DNA of 63,975 nucleotides, the filler included, from Candidatus Sysuiplasma jiujiangense (GTDB lineage Archaea > Thermoplasmatota > Thermoplasmata > Sysuiplasmatales > Sysuiplasmataceae): NCBI GenBank assembly GCA_019721075.1. It is 6 parts of 6 records of this genome, joined end to end, with 100 filler letters (N's around TTAATTAATTAA, not from the genome) between each part and the next. Parts side by side here need not be neighbours in the genome. Positions count along the whole stretch, not along the records: positions 30,080 to 43,489 come from JAHEAD010000029.1; positions 43,590 to 53,286 come from JAHEAD010000031.1; 4 more parts are not named here. The stretch is one strand, 5' to 3'. A program made the position numbers and the translations under genes. Numbering within the stretch: position 1 is the stretch's first letter; every line of letters begins with the position of its first letter. The notes under the pieces were generated by a model. The model made no database searches, was not told the DNA's origin, and worked only from the letters and a program-made list of their open reading frames with translations. Of this stretch, positions 41,631 to 50,316 are shown one piece after another.

Positions 41631-42026
41631 ATGCAATTCAAAATTCAGATAGCAGGGCAGCAGCTGAAGCTTGAAATATGGTCACTCTTCCTGGGATCTG
41701 TAGTTGCAAGCGTCCTGCTACTGTATGCCGGCAGCCCATTTTGGCTATTTTTTACAGGTTTCATCTTCGGTACAATGTCCAGGCGCGGAATTGCAGATCT
41801 GCTGATAAACGGTCTCGCTTCTTCGGCATCCTTGCTTCTTCTACTCCTTTTATTAGGCCAATCCGGTGTACCGGGCATTGAATCAATGCTGCTGTTTCTT
41901 TCACAAAGAAGCTCAAGTATGATTTTGAATATTATGTCGATCATTGTGTTTCTGTTCCTTGTTTCAGGGCTGGGTGCAGTCTCAGGCTCGCTATTGCTGA
42001 AATCCAGAATTTTCCACCCGGCGTAA
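41631..42026 (+). CDS. Hypothetical membrane protein
   Basis: 131 aa, about four TM. Confidence 0.55.
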   Translation: MQFKIQIAGQQLKLEIWSLFLGSVVASVLLLYAGSPFWLFFTGFIFGTMSRRGIADLLINGLASSASLLLLLLLLGQSGVPGIESMLLFLSQRSSSMILNIMSIIVFLFLVSGLGAVSGSLLLKSRIFHPA

Positions 42027-42105
42027 TTTCAGAAACCCCTAAAGTCGTGACCCTGAAATCGCCGTTTTGCTCAGAAAAATAGCGCCATCTTCTCCTTGCC
42101 GCTTC

Positions 42106-43338
42106 TCAATGATAATCAGTCAATCGGCCCGAAGAGATTTTTTTCTTTGAAAAGATGAACAACACGGATGAGATGAATCCGAAAAGCGAGACTATCACCC
42201 AAATTAATAACGGTGAATGTGCAAGTGATGTCAGCAGGAATGCTCCGAAAACTATATACAACGGTGAAGTAAATGCATTTACTGCACTGTATGCACCAAA
42301 ATATTCTCCCCTTCTGTTTGATGGCGCAATCTTTGAAATCAGCGTGCTTACCGCGGGACTGAATATGTTCTCTGCAATGGTGAGAATCGCAGTCGTGATG
42401 AGTATAAGATAGTAGACGCTGAACAGTCCAAACATTATGAACGATATCGCATAGATCAGCATCCCCGCAGCAAGCCTGTCAATATCGTGAAACCTGGCCA
42501 TAAGCCTGTTTACCGGCATCTGGAAAAGAACGACAACAACCCCGTTCAGTGAATACATCAATCCAATCTGGGCCACTGACAGATGGTAACTGCCCGAGAG
42601 AAACAGCGTCAGCGTGGTTCCCCACTGCCCAAGGCAAACGGAAGCAACTACGATTGTGCCAATAATCAGCATAAAGGAACGATCCGCGGAAGGAAAGGAT
42701 ATCACACCCCTGCCTGGCGTGATCCGGATGTCCGCTTCATTCCTCACGTCTGTCAATGATTCCCTAACCAAGGCGAGGTAGACCAATTCCTCAATCAGAT
42801 TGCCTGCGGTCGGAACCAAAAGCAAAAGGCTGTAACCAAGTGTCGACACGAATCCCCCCAGAGCAGGACCAAGTGCGAATCCAACGTTGGAAAAGAGACG
42901 CAGCAGGCTGAACGCTTTTATCCTTTCATTGGACTGCGTCAGATCGGAAAGGACTGAAGAATCAACAGTTCCCTGAAGCGTTCCTATGGGTGATGTGAAA
43001 ATAAAAGTAAGGTAGAGTATCCATAGCTGTATTCCTGTGAATATTTCGATGCTCATCAGCAGGAAGACTATGGCTGAGAGCATAGGCAGGACAGTGAAGA
43101 GAGGACGCCTTCCGATTCTGTCTGCAAGGGTACCTCCCATCATGCTGAAAGGAGCAGCAAAGAGGTAACCCGCGGCAACAACCAGTCCTATTATGAAATA
43201 GCTGCTGTGCCGTAATGTCAGAAAATAAATCGGGAGAAGTATGATTGTGGAGGAACGCCCGAGCGTCCTTATCATATCTGCAAAGCATACTGCGACTATC
43301 CTGTCGGAGTTTTTACTGAAGCCAAGGAAATTGTGCAT
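42106..43338 (-). CDS. MFS transporter
   Basis: GTLADRIGRR motif A; about 12 TM; NVGFALGPALGG. Confidence 0.92.
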   Translation of the reverse strand: MHNFLGFSKNSDRIVAVCFADMIRTLGRSSTIILLPIYFLTLRHSSYFIIGLVVAAGYLFAAPFSMMGGTLADRIGRRPLFTVLPMLSAIVFLLMSIEIFTGIQLWILYLTFIFTSPIGTLQGTVDSSVLSDLTQSNERIKAFSLLRLFSNVGFALGPALGGFVSTLGYSLLLLVPTAGNLIEELVYLALVRESLTDVRNEADIRITPGRGVISFPSADRSFMLIIGTIVVASVCLGQWGTTLTLFLSGSYHLSVAQIGLMYSLNGVVVVLFQMPVNRLMARFHDIDRLAAGMLIYAISFIMFGLFSVYYLILITTAILTIAENIFSPAVSTLISKIAPSNRRGEYFGAYSAVNAFTSPLYIVFGAFLLTSLAHSPLLIWVIVSLFGFISSVLFIFSKKKISSGRLTDYH

Positions 43339-43589
43339 GTTTTGCAGGAGTTCAGAAACGGTCGGCTAGATAAAGATGGTACACTCCTCTCAGTATCTCC
43401 GATCCTTTTTATGTTGCCGATAGGCATGTCTGACTGGATACTTTTGCAGGATACGAAGTAAACGCCATCCGCTTCGCATTTCAAACAACNNNNNNNNNNN
43501 NNNNNNNNNNNNNNNNNNNNNNNNNNNNNNNNNTTAATTAATTAANNNNNNNNNNNNNNNNNNNNNNNNNNNNNNNNNNNNNNNNNNNN

Positions 43590-43735
43590 CCATGTCTTGT
43601 CCTGTGCCGTTCAGCTTTCCTTGCGCCAGTAGGTGTCTTTACCCATTTCTTGACGCCAAGTTTAGCATTCCGGCTATCGATCTCCCTGTCATGTGCGGTT
43701 ACATTGCGCCTTTTCTTAGATATGCGCTTATTCAT
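43590..43735 (-). CDS. Highly basic small protein, 3'-truncated
   Basis: MNKRISKKRRNVTAHD...; start overlaps the upstream stop. Confidence 0.65.
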
Positions 43736-43829
43736 GTGATCTCTTCCTTTTACCCGTCACTTCCACACGAACAGGGACAAGAACGACCATCGTTCTGTCT
43801 CGTCTTTTCTTGCTGATTCGTTTGTTCAT
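43728..43829 (-). CDS. 33-aa basic microprotein (below the ORF track cutoff)
   Basis: MNKRISKKRRDRTMVVLVPVRVEVTGKRKRSHE; TGATG coupling to the upstream gene; GGAGG SD. Confidence 0.7.
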   Translation of the reverse strand: MNKRISKKRRDRTMVVLVPVRVEVTGKRKRSHE

Positions 43830-44056
43830 CACTTCCCTCCATTGTTCTTTATAAGTTTCTGCAGGCGTTTGCGTTTTGCTGGATGATGCCTGTTGAAAGT
43901 TTCCAGTGCGGCAAGCTTCCTGTTTGTTTCGCCTTTCCCGTATTTCCTGTCAGCTTTTCGTATAGCGGTCATCTGTTCCTTTTCAGGTTCAGAAAGATCG
44001 AAACCATACTTCGACAGCGATCCAGGATGCCTTATTGCTATCCTGCGTCTGCTCAT
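43829..44056 (-). CDS. Basic 75-aa protein, candidate virion DNA-binding protein
   Basis: K/R-rich; AIRHPGSLSKYG...KA..KYG....RKL.AL..FN. Confidence 0.7.
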   Translation of the reverse strand: MSRRRIAIRHPGSLSKYGFDLSEPEKEQMTAIRKADRKYGKGETNRKLAALETFNRHHPAKRKRLQKLIKNNGGK

Positions 44057-44298
44057 TTCTTCTCACCCGAAAGTCCTACCCACACCATGCCAATCCCTAT
44101 CAGGAATGTGAACACGTACACCAGCGTCATGAAAGTGTTGTATCTGGGCATCGAGGTGGTGAAATAGGATGCTATCCCATACACCCCTGATCCGATGTAT
44201 CCCTCGAAGCTGTATTGCAGCGTGCCGTTGATCCATTCGGCGATCACGTAGATCACCAGCAGGACTCCCAATACCAGGACTATGGGCCTCATATTCAC
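44053..44298 (-). CDS. Small two-TM protein, candidate virion/capsid protein
   Basis: 81 aa with a hydrophobic hairpin; ATGA overlaps on both sides. Confidence 0.7.
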   Translation of the reverse strand: MNMRPIVLVLGVLLVIYVIAEWINGTLQYSFEGYIGSGVYGIASYFTTSMPRYNTFMTLVYVFTFLIGIGMVWVGLSGEKK

Positions 44299-44642
44299 AG
44301 CAGGTGCGACAGTGCGTTACCGAGCCCTCCGAACAGGTTGCTGAAGAACGATCCGATGCCGTTTCCGATTGCGATGAACGGTGCTGCTATTGCTCCCGCT
44401 ATGGACTGTCCTATGCCGGCTAACCCTGCCTGCCCTGCCGGAGTGGTTATCGTGAAATATATGGATGCTCCGATCACAACAACCACAACCAGCACTGTGA
44501 ACAGGGCTATTGCCTTGAAGTCCAGCTCAATGGATGCGGTGTCCTCGCGAAGATGGGAAAGCCTGACTGCCCCGGAAATGAGGAGAAGGAAGAGCAGGCG
44601 TAGCTGGTGCGCCTTCCACCTCAACCTCTCCATTCCTGTCAT
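44295..44642 (-). CDS. Hydrophobic G/A-rich membrane protein, candidate processed virion protein
   Basis: AGGTGA SD before ATG 44642; leader ending LREDTA, then a TM and an amphipathic G-rich tail. Confidence 0.65.
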   Translation of the reverse strand: MTGMERLRWKAHQLRLLFLLLISGAVRLSHLREDTASIELDFKAIALFTVLVVVVVIGASIYFTITTPAGQAGLAGIGQSIAGAIAAPFIAIGNGIGSFFSNLFGGLGNALSHLL

Positions 44643-44646
44643 GATC

Positions 44647-45057
44647 TCACCTGACGTCTCTGCGCTTTGCATACGCAAGAGGAGCGACGAGCATCACAAG
44701 CCCGAACACGAATCCCAGAATCCAGACCACGAATGCAGACCCGCTTGTGGAAGTCGCGAGGTTCACGATCAGCTGGCCTTCAGGCAGGAATATCTCGACC
44801 ATGTACGCGCCTATGGCATATCCAAGAAGCATTATGCCTATTGTGTAGTCATATCTCCTTGCTCTGTCAAGTGCGGCATACAGGTATCCGGAAAATCCGC
44901 CGATGACAACTCCCATGACGATTCCGCCCCATCCCAGTGAAAACACTCCAGTCTCGCCCAGGAACCATGATATTGCCACGAATGCGGCAAAGATGATGAT
45001 TCCAATGATGATTCCGGGTATCTCCCTTTCAACATGCGATGATTTGTTGCTTGCCAT
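44647..45057 (-). CDS. Four-TM membrane protein, candidate virion matrix protein
   Basis: 136 aa with four TM; GGAGG SD. Confidence 0.7.
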   Translation of the reverse strand: MASNKSSHVEREIPGIIIGIIIFAAFVAISWFLGETGVFSLGWGGIVMGVVIGGFSGYLYAALDRARRYDYTIGIMLLGYAIGAYMVEIFLPEGQLIVNLATSTSGSAFVVWILGFVFGLVMLVAPLAYAKRRDVR

Positions 45058-45059
45058 TT

Positions 45060-45851
45060 TCAGCGCCTCCCTATTCTTGGCATGCCCATGAACACAAGCG
45101 CAACCACCAGAAGCATTGTAACTGCTGTTACATCAGTGAACACGTTAATGAGGTTGATCACAAAGGGTGCTCCGTATGTCTGGTAAAGCTGTACTGACAG
45201 GTGGTTCGTGGATGAAACGCCGGTGCTGTTCACATTTATCAGGATTGTTCCGCGGTCATTGAAGTTTGACGTTGCAAGCCCGAAGAGTGATATCGCAGTG
45301 GATTTGTTCAGCTGGTTTACGATGCTTGAATATACAGTCTGTGATCCAAAGAGGTTAACCCCTGTTACTCCCTTGTCGCTCATGGCGTGAAGTGAAGTGT
45401 CGTTGACCTGTGTGCCGAATTCCAGTGCGGCGTACTGCAAAGTAAAGGTATTTGTTTCAGCAACGCCGGTTGCGTTCTCAGTGGCAAGCTTCACGTTCAT
45501 GGTATTGAAGTAAAGCGAACTGTTAAGCAAACCCTGTACATTGTATAGGGGATTGCTCTGGAACACAACAATGTTGGTCGCATTGAACCCCGCCGGAAAA
45601 GCAATTGTTGCTGTGCTTCCGCTCAAAACTACCGTGCCCGCTTCCCACGTGGGGTTCTTGCCTGATGCGTTGAATCCCCACGCCTGTCCATAGTCACTGC
45701 TTATGCCAACGGACTTCACCAGGTTGTTTCCCGACCCGAAGTCCTGTATTGCATAAGCGGTGCCGACCCCGCCCAGTATAAACACAAGAACGGCTATACT
45801 GGCGAGGATCCTTTTCTGATACACGTTTTTTGCTATATTTATGTTTCTCAC
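45060..45851 (-). CDS. Secreted, C-terminally anchored glycoprotein-like virion protein
   Basis: Signal peptide, many N-x-S/T sequons, C-terminal TM followed by basic residues. Confidence 0.7.
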   Translation of the reverse strand: MRNINIAKNVYQKRILASIAVLVFILGGVGTAYAIQDFGSGNNLVKSVGISSDYGQAWGFNASGKNPTWEAGTVVLSGSTATIAFPAGFNATNIVVFQSNPLYNVQGLLNSSLYFNTMNVKLATENATGVAETNTFTLQYAALEFGTQVNDTSLHAMSDKGVTGVNLFGSQTVYSSIVNQLNKSTAISLFGLATSNFNDRGTILINVNSTGVSSTNHLSVQLYQTYGAPFVINLINVFTDVTAVTMLLVVALVFMGMPRIGRR

Positions 45852-46067
45852 CGAGGATCGCTTTTTCGCAATCCTTAAAAACTAATTACAACACAAGGGA
45901 AGTATTAAACTTTTCGGTATGACTAAAGAGATTAGGCGCCTTGAACTTCGTGCGCCTGCGTAAGAATACTCATGTAACGTAAATGAAAAAAAATCGGGCT
46001 TTCATGGGTAGTGAGCATTAAAGTATATTTACTCGTAGTATATGACTAAAGAAGAAGTGAAATACAA

Positions 46068-46889
46068 ATGGAAATTGAAAACATGAGGAAAGTGCCAATC
46101 TGGGATGAGATGCCAGGACAGCTGACAAGGATTCTGCGGTACAGGGAATCGAAGGAGATAATCTCGGCAGCCGATCCGCAGGAGCAGGGAAAATATCATA
46201 TGGAGTTTCCTTGGAGCCGGAGAGAACTCCAGATATTTCTCCAGGTGCATCTGTTCACGGGGTTGCGTGTGGCTGATGTGGTAAGGCTGATGAGGCATCC
46301 GGAACTCTATCAGGATGATGGCAGCCTACTGATGTCACGGTCAGTCCTTGGAGGTGGCAAGGAGAAAGTGAGAAGCAAGTCGTTCGTTTCATACACATCC
46401 GCTCTTGGCAGGGAGATCATTGAGAAGAGCGGTTTCTTCAGCATGAGGCCTCCAGCGCCTGACAACCATCTGTTTTTGCAGGTTCTGAGGAATATAATTG
46501 CAGAGGCGGCTAAGAACGCAGGTTTCGAGGTGCGTGAGTACAATGAGGAAGAAAAAAAGCCCAAGAAGGATCAGTACGGCATCCCGATTACTGGCAGTGA
46601 CGGAAAAATAGTTACAGTAAAGACATTCAGGACCGTACATACCACCGGCGTCAATAACCTGACATTCCGCAAGACATGGGATTCATGGCTCATAAACTCA
46701 TTCGGATCGAATCCCATGATGGTGATGATGATCGAGAAGAGCATGGGGCATGACATCAATACAGCCCTGAAGCATTACCTCACTTTCCAGTTTGACGAGG
46801 AGGACATGCAGGATATACGGAAGGCAACCGAGGGGTTTGGGCCAAAGAATTTTCGGATGCCTGAATACTTCACGCAAACTAAGGCCTAA
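46068..46889 (+). CDS. Tyrosine recombinase/integrase
   Basis: FTGLRVAD (R), K, LTFRKTW (xxxR with H replaced), MGH, KHY (catalytic Tyr). Confidence 0.85.
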   Translation: MEIENMRKVPIWDEMPGQLTRILRYRESKEIISAADPQEQGKYHMEFPWSRRELQIFLQVHLFTGLRVADVVRLMRHPELYQDDGSLLMSRSVLGGGKEKVRSKSFVSYTSALGREIIEKSGFFSMRPPAPDNHLFLQVLRNIIAEAAKNAGFEVREYNEEEKKPKKDQYGIPITGSDGKIVTVKTFRTVHTTGVNNLTFRKTWDSWLINSFGSNPMMVMMIEKSMGHDINTALKHYLTFQFDEEDMQDIRKATEGFGPKNFRMPEYFTQTKA

Positions 46890-46953
46890 TAATAGCCCCG
46901 CATATTTTCAATGCGGTTAAATCAATTATAAATGAGTGGTGAATAATTATAAA

Positions 46954-48426
46954 TCACATGAATATGCCGGATTCGTCGTTATCCTCTTCTTTTCGGCTCT
47001 TCGCTTCTGCCTTTCTCCCATCTTCCCTCCTATTCTGTATGAAGTCCGCCTCGAACATTTCACCCTTCTCCTCAAGGTAACGATCCTGGAATGCCAGTGT
47101 CATCTGTGATGCAGCTTCGATCACTTTGTCAGGCTCTTTCAGGTATGTGTTCATATTTGTAGCTTTTGATTCAACGAGAACCTGCTGAAAGGGATATTTT
47201 TCCCATTGAGCAGTAAGATCGGAAGCAATACCCCTGTTTATGATCTTCGTAAGTGGATCTTCAGGGACTATCCCCAGCTTGACGCTCTGGATGGCGTTCC
47301 TCTCTCCGCTGGTGACCACATATTCGGCAGTCGCATATCTTGTGTTTCCCCCTTCACGCTTGTCTATCCATATCTGCGGGTTAACGAAATTTGTCAGTGT
47401 CGACACGGGAAGCGGGTCGGGATTTGCCGATGAAAGAACATAACGGATCCTCATCTGCCTTGTCAGCTGAAATAACGACTGGAACAGAGTTATCTCTTTC
47501 GACATTGCGTACCTAAGCTTATCAAGCCCTATCTCTCCTGCGTAGAAAATGGCAAATATATCAGGAGTGTCATCATCTGCCTCTTCCTGATCCATGCTCC
47601 AGTCGTATTTCGTCCAGAGTATGGAAGACCCCTTCGGTTCATCGACGAACACCTGCCACGGATACGTATAGGAGAAAGAGGAATATATGCCAGGAAACAC
47701 CCCCTGCCTCTGAAATTTTGTATGTCCCTCAAAATTTGGAAGATAGGCACGTATCCTCGAAGCTTTGCGTCCGTATGTGGGGTTTGTATATCCACGATGC
47801 AGATAAGCGGTCTGCCGGATGGTATAGAGAACAAAGTTGGTTTTTCCTGCCCCTGTCTTCCCTGATACGAGGGGGGTGATCTGATCCCCGTCATGCATGT
47901 ACAGCAGCCTGACAAATTCGGGATTGGTGGTGTCGCACCTTGTGTTATCAGTTTCCGATGAGCTTGCCGCAAGGAATCCAAGGAGCCCGGAAGTCCTGTC
48001 GAAGTCCTCAAGCGTTTCGAGATACGCCCACCTGCGCCTGTCAGACCGGATGGCCTTTATTTCCTCATTGTACATGGAAATAAGAATCGGAGACCATCTT
48101 TTCTCTCCTTTCCAGTTTGTGTGATAATCCCAGAGTACCTTCTTTATCCTTCCCCTTTCTCCAAGGGGTATCGTTTCTATCGTGTAGCCATTGTGTGATT
48201 TCACTTCATCAAAATATTTCCACAGAAGTATCTCCTGCATCAGTTTTTCAAGCGCATCCCTGTTGGTGTGTGTATCAAGTGCCTCCAGGAAGTACCTGCC
48301 TCTGCGCGTCAGGTTGGCATATTCCAGATTTCCGGCGCCTTTTGCCAGTATCTGTTTTGTCTTTTTGGCAAGGATGGGAAGATCGATGCCCCCTGATGCG
48401 TTATTGTTCGTCCTGCGCTGTACCAT
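46954..48426 (-). CDS. P-loop ATPase, candidate genome packaging/extrusion NTPase
   Basis: Walker A SGKTGAGKT; QLTRQMR resembles the FtsK/HerA-like arginine region; follows the TM genes. Confidence 0.7.
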   Translation of the reverse strand: MVQRRTNNNASGGIDLPILAKKTKQILAKGAGNLEYANLTRRGRYFLEALDTHTNRDALEKLMQEILLWKYFDEVKSHNGYTIETIPLGERGRIKKVLWDYHTNWKGEKRWSPILISMYNEEIKAIRSDRRRWAYLETLEDFDRTSGLLGFLAASSSETDNTRCDTTNPEFVRLLYMHDGDQITPLVSGKTGAGKTNFVLYTIRQTAYLHRGYTNPTYGRKASRIRAYLPNFEGHTKFQRQGVFPGIYSSFSYTYPWQVFVDEPKGSSILWTKYDWSMDQEEADDDTPDIFAIFYAGEIGLDKLRYAMSKEITLFQSLFQLTRQMRIRYVLSSANPDPLPVSTLTNFVNPQIWIDKREGGNTRYATAEYVVTSGERNAIQSVKLGIVPEDPLTKIINRGIASDLTAQWEKYPFQQVLVESKATNMNTYLKEPDKVIEAASQMTLAFQDRYLEEKGEMFEADFIQNRREDGRKAEAKSRKEEDNDESGIFM

Positions 48427-49648
48427 CCAACCCCCCCTCGATCATTTTCTTGAGTTCTTCATCCATTACTTTGTTGACAACCTCCGATGCTTCCCGGACA
48501 TCAGGCGCTCTGGAAGCTGTTTCCTGCTCAATGTAGACCTCGTCAGGCTTCCTCCGCAGTTTTTCATACAGGAGAAGGTTCGCATCTGCCTCGGCTTTAA
48601 TGCGTTTCTCCATCAGGCCAATGTCATATTGCCTCTCTATCTCCACGGTCCTGGCATGGTTGATCATCTCAATGATTTTTTTCTCCTGCGCATTGACAGC
48701 TTTCCTTTCCCTCAGCCTTTCCAGATGATACTTTTCAACATCTTCAATTATCCCTCTCCATGCAGTCAGGAAACCCCTGTTTGTTTTGTTCATCTTTATC
48801 TTTATGATTCTCCTGCCGTAGCGTTCCTCTATTTCCCCGTTGTTCTCCCCTATCACGGCGATGGCAGCGTATATCTCCTTGATCTTCTCCTGCACGAATT
48901 TTATTTCTTCTTCATCGATGCCGTCCCTCTGTAGATACTTTCTTGTCCTTGCAAGAGCATCTTCAACCTCGTAGGGCATCCATGAAACGACCTCCCCCCA
49001 GACGTCAAGCTTTGCTACATCCAGATCTTCATACATGGCAGCGCCCCAGACCATGTTATAGTGGAATGATTTTATTTTCCACACTTCGGTGTGATTCGAG
49101 GACACTTCCTTGATGACGCCATAGGGAAGCAGGAATTCCTCTGATCCCTTGTCAAGAGTGAAAACATTGGTGACCGTTTCCTTTGCCTCTAATGTAACAA
49201 CTTCGGTTTTGCCGTTGTTATCCCTGATCGCCACGGGTATTTTTTCACCCTTGCGGACTTCCTGAATCAGTGGAAACTTTTCTGTCCTGAATATGAAATG
49301 ATAGAACACGATGAAGAACGTTACGAATATCCCGATGAATGTGATAAGGGAATATCCGAAGAACGGATTTTTTGACTCACCGTAGATAAGGATGCTCATG
49401 ATGGCCAGTGCTGCAAGAACATGGATGCCGTACGATTTCACATGCCTGCCTGATGCTGTTGTGTACCCTACGAGCGCCTTGGCTATACGGTACCTGAGCA
49501 GCCGTGAGGCGTATTTCTCTGAAAGAGGCATTTCAGGCCAGTGGAAAAGAGTCTGTTCTTTTTCGCCGTTCTTCGATTTTTTCTCACGTATCTGCACCTT
49601 GTACTCATTGAGTTCCTCTTCAGTGGGAAGCGTCCTCTCATTCCTCAT
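48401..49648 (-). CDS. Two-TM protein with C-terminal coiled coil
   Basis: Start at 49648 overlaps the upstream stop; two TM helices followed by charged heptads. Confidence 0.75.
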   Translation of the reverse strand: MRNERTLPTEEELNEYKVQIREKKSKNGEKEQTLFHWPEMPLSEKYASRLLRYRIAKALVGYTTASGRHVKSYGIHVLAALAIMSILIYGESKNPFFGYSLITFIGIFVTFFIVFYHFIFRTEKFPLIQEVRKGEKIPVAIRDNNGKTEVVTLEAKETVTNVFTLDKGSEEFLLPYGVIKEVSSNHTEVWKIKSFHYNMVWGAAMYEDLDVAKLDVWGEVVSWMPYEVEDALARTRKYLQRDGIDEEEIKFVQEKIKEIYAAIAVIGENNGEIEERYGRRIIKIKMNKTNRGFLTAWRGIIEDVEKYHLERLRERKAVNAQEKKIIEMINHARTVEIERQYDIGLMEKRIKAEADANLLLYEKLRRKPDEVYIEQETASRAPDVREASEVVNKVMDEELKKMIEGGLDGTAQDEQ

Positions 49649-50316
49649 TTTATATCCCTCCCCATTCCTCCAACCTGGTTCTTGCCCAGGTCTGGATGGG
49701 ATTTTCTCCATTCACGTGTGAACAACGCAACCTCGAAGGCAGCGAACACACCAACCGCAGCCGCAGGAATATAAGTCAATGCAGCAATGCTGTTCGTTAT
49801 CGACGGTCCCGATTGAACCTTCTTGACAAGATTTGACTCATAGTTCACGAATGTCACGGGCGTAACGACGTTGCCATAATATGTCATCACACGGGTATAG
49901 TTCAACCCTTCAGAGTGAATGGCTATAACAAATGACATGTTCGATGAGGTTGCTACGATGAAGTTCTGCGTCGTGATGTTTGAGAAAACTAAATCCTGGA
50001 ATATGTATGTGCCGTTTGTCGACAGCGTCAGGGTTGAATTTCCAGGAGACCTGGCAGTGATAATGAGGTAATTAGCTATCTCCCCTGATGGGTGCTGTGC
50101 CGTTAGATATCCTGCATACCCGTCAGTATAAGATGTGTTCACGAATATCTGGGCGTTCATCTCGTGGATGTCCACAGGTTGCGATCCCGTAATCATGGGC
50201 AGCACAGGAGGCACATAGGGCGACACGGCAGGGGGAGGGAGAACAGAAATGAACCCCACACATACGAAACCACCAATCACATAGGCTGCTATCAGTATTT
50301 TTACTGTTTTATTCAC
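49645..50316 (-). CDS. Membrane protein with N- and C-terminal TM and a glycosylated loop
   Basis: 223 aa; overlaps the spike stop codon. Confidence 0.75.
   Translation of the reverse strand: MNKTVKILIAAYVIGGFVCVGFISVLPPPAVSPYVPPVLPMITGSQPVDIHEMNAQIFVNTSYTDGYAGYLTAQHPSGEIANYLIITARSPGNSTLTLSTNGTYIFQDLVFSNITTQNFIVATSSNMSFVIAIHSEGLNYTRVMTYYGNVVTPVTFVNYESNLVKKVQSGPSITNSIAALTYIPAAAVGVFAAFEVALFTREWRKSHPDLGKNQVGGMGRDIK

Noticed and set aside
44215..44940. Long plus-strand ORFs antisense to viral genes (also 48191..48934)
   Set aside because: They overlap translationally coupled minus-strand genes with good SD motifs; shadow ORFs
45852..46953. tRNA-derived attP near the integrase
   Set aside because: No T-loop GTTCRA/CCA-like tRNA half seen; I recognised no tRNA or rRNA genes anywhere in the window
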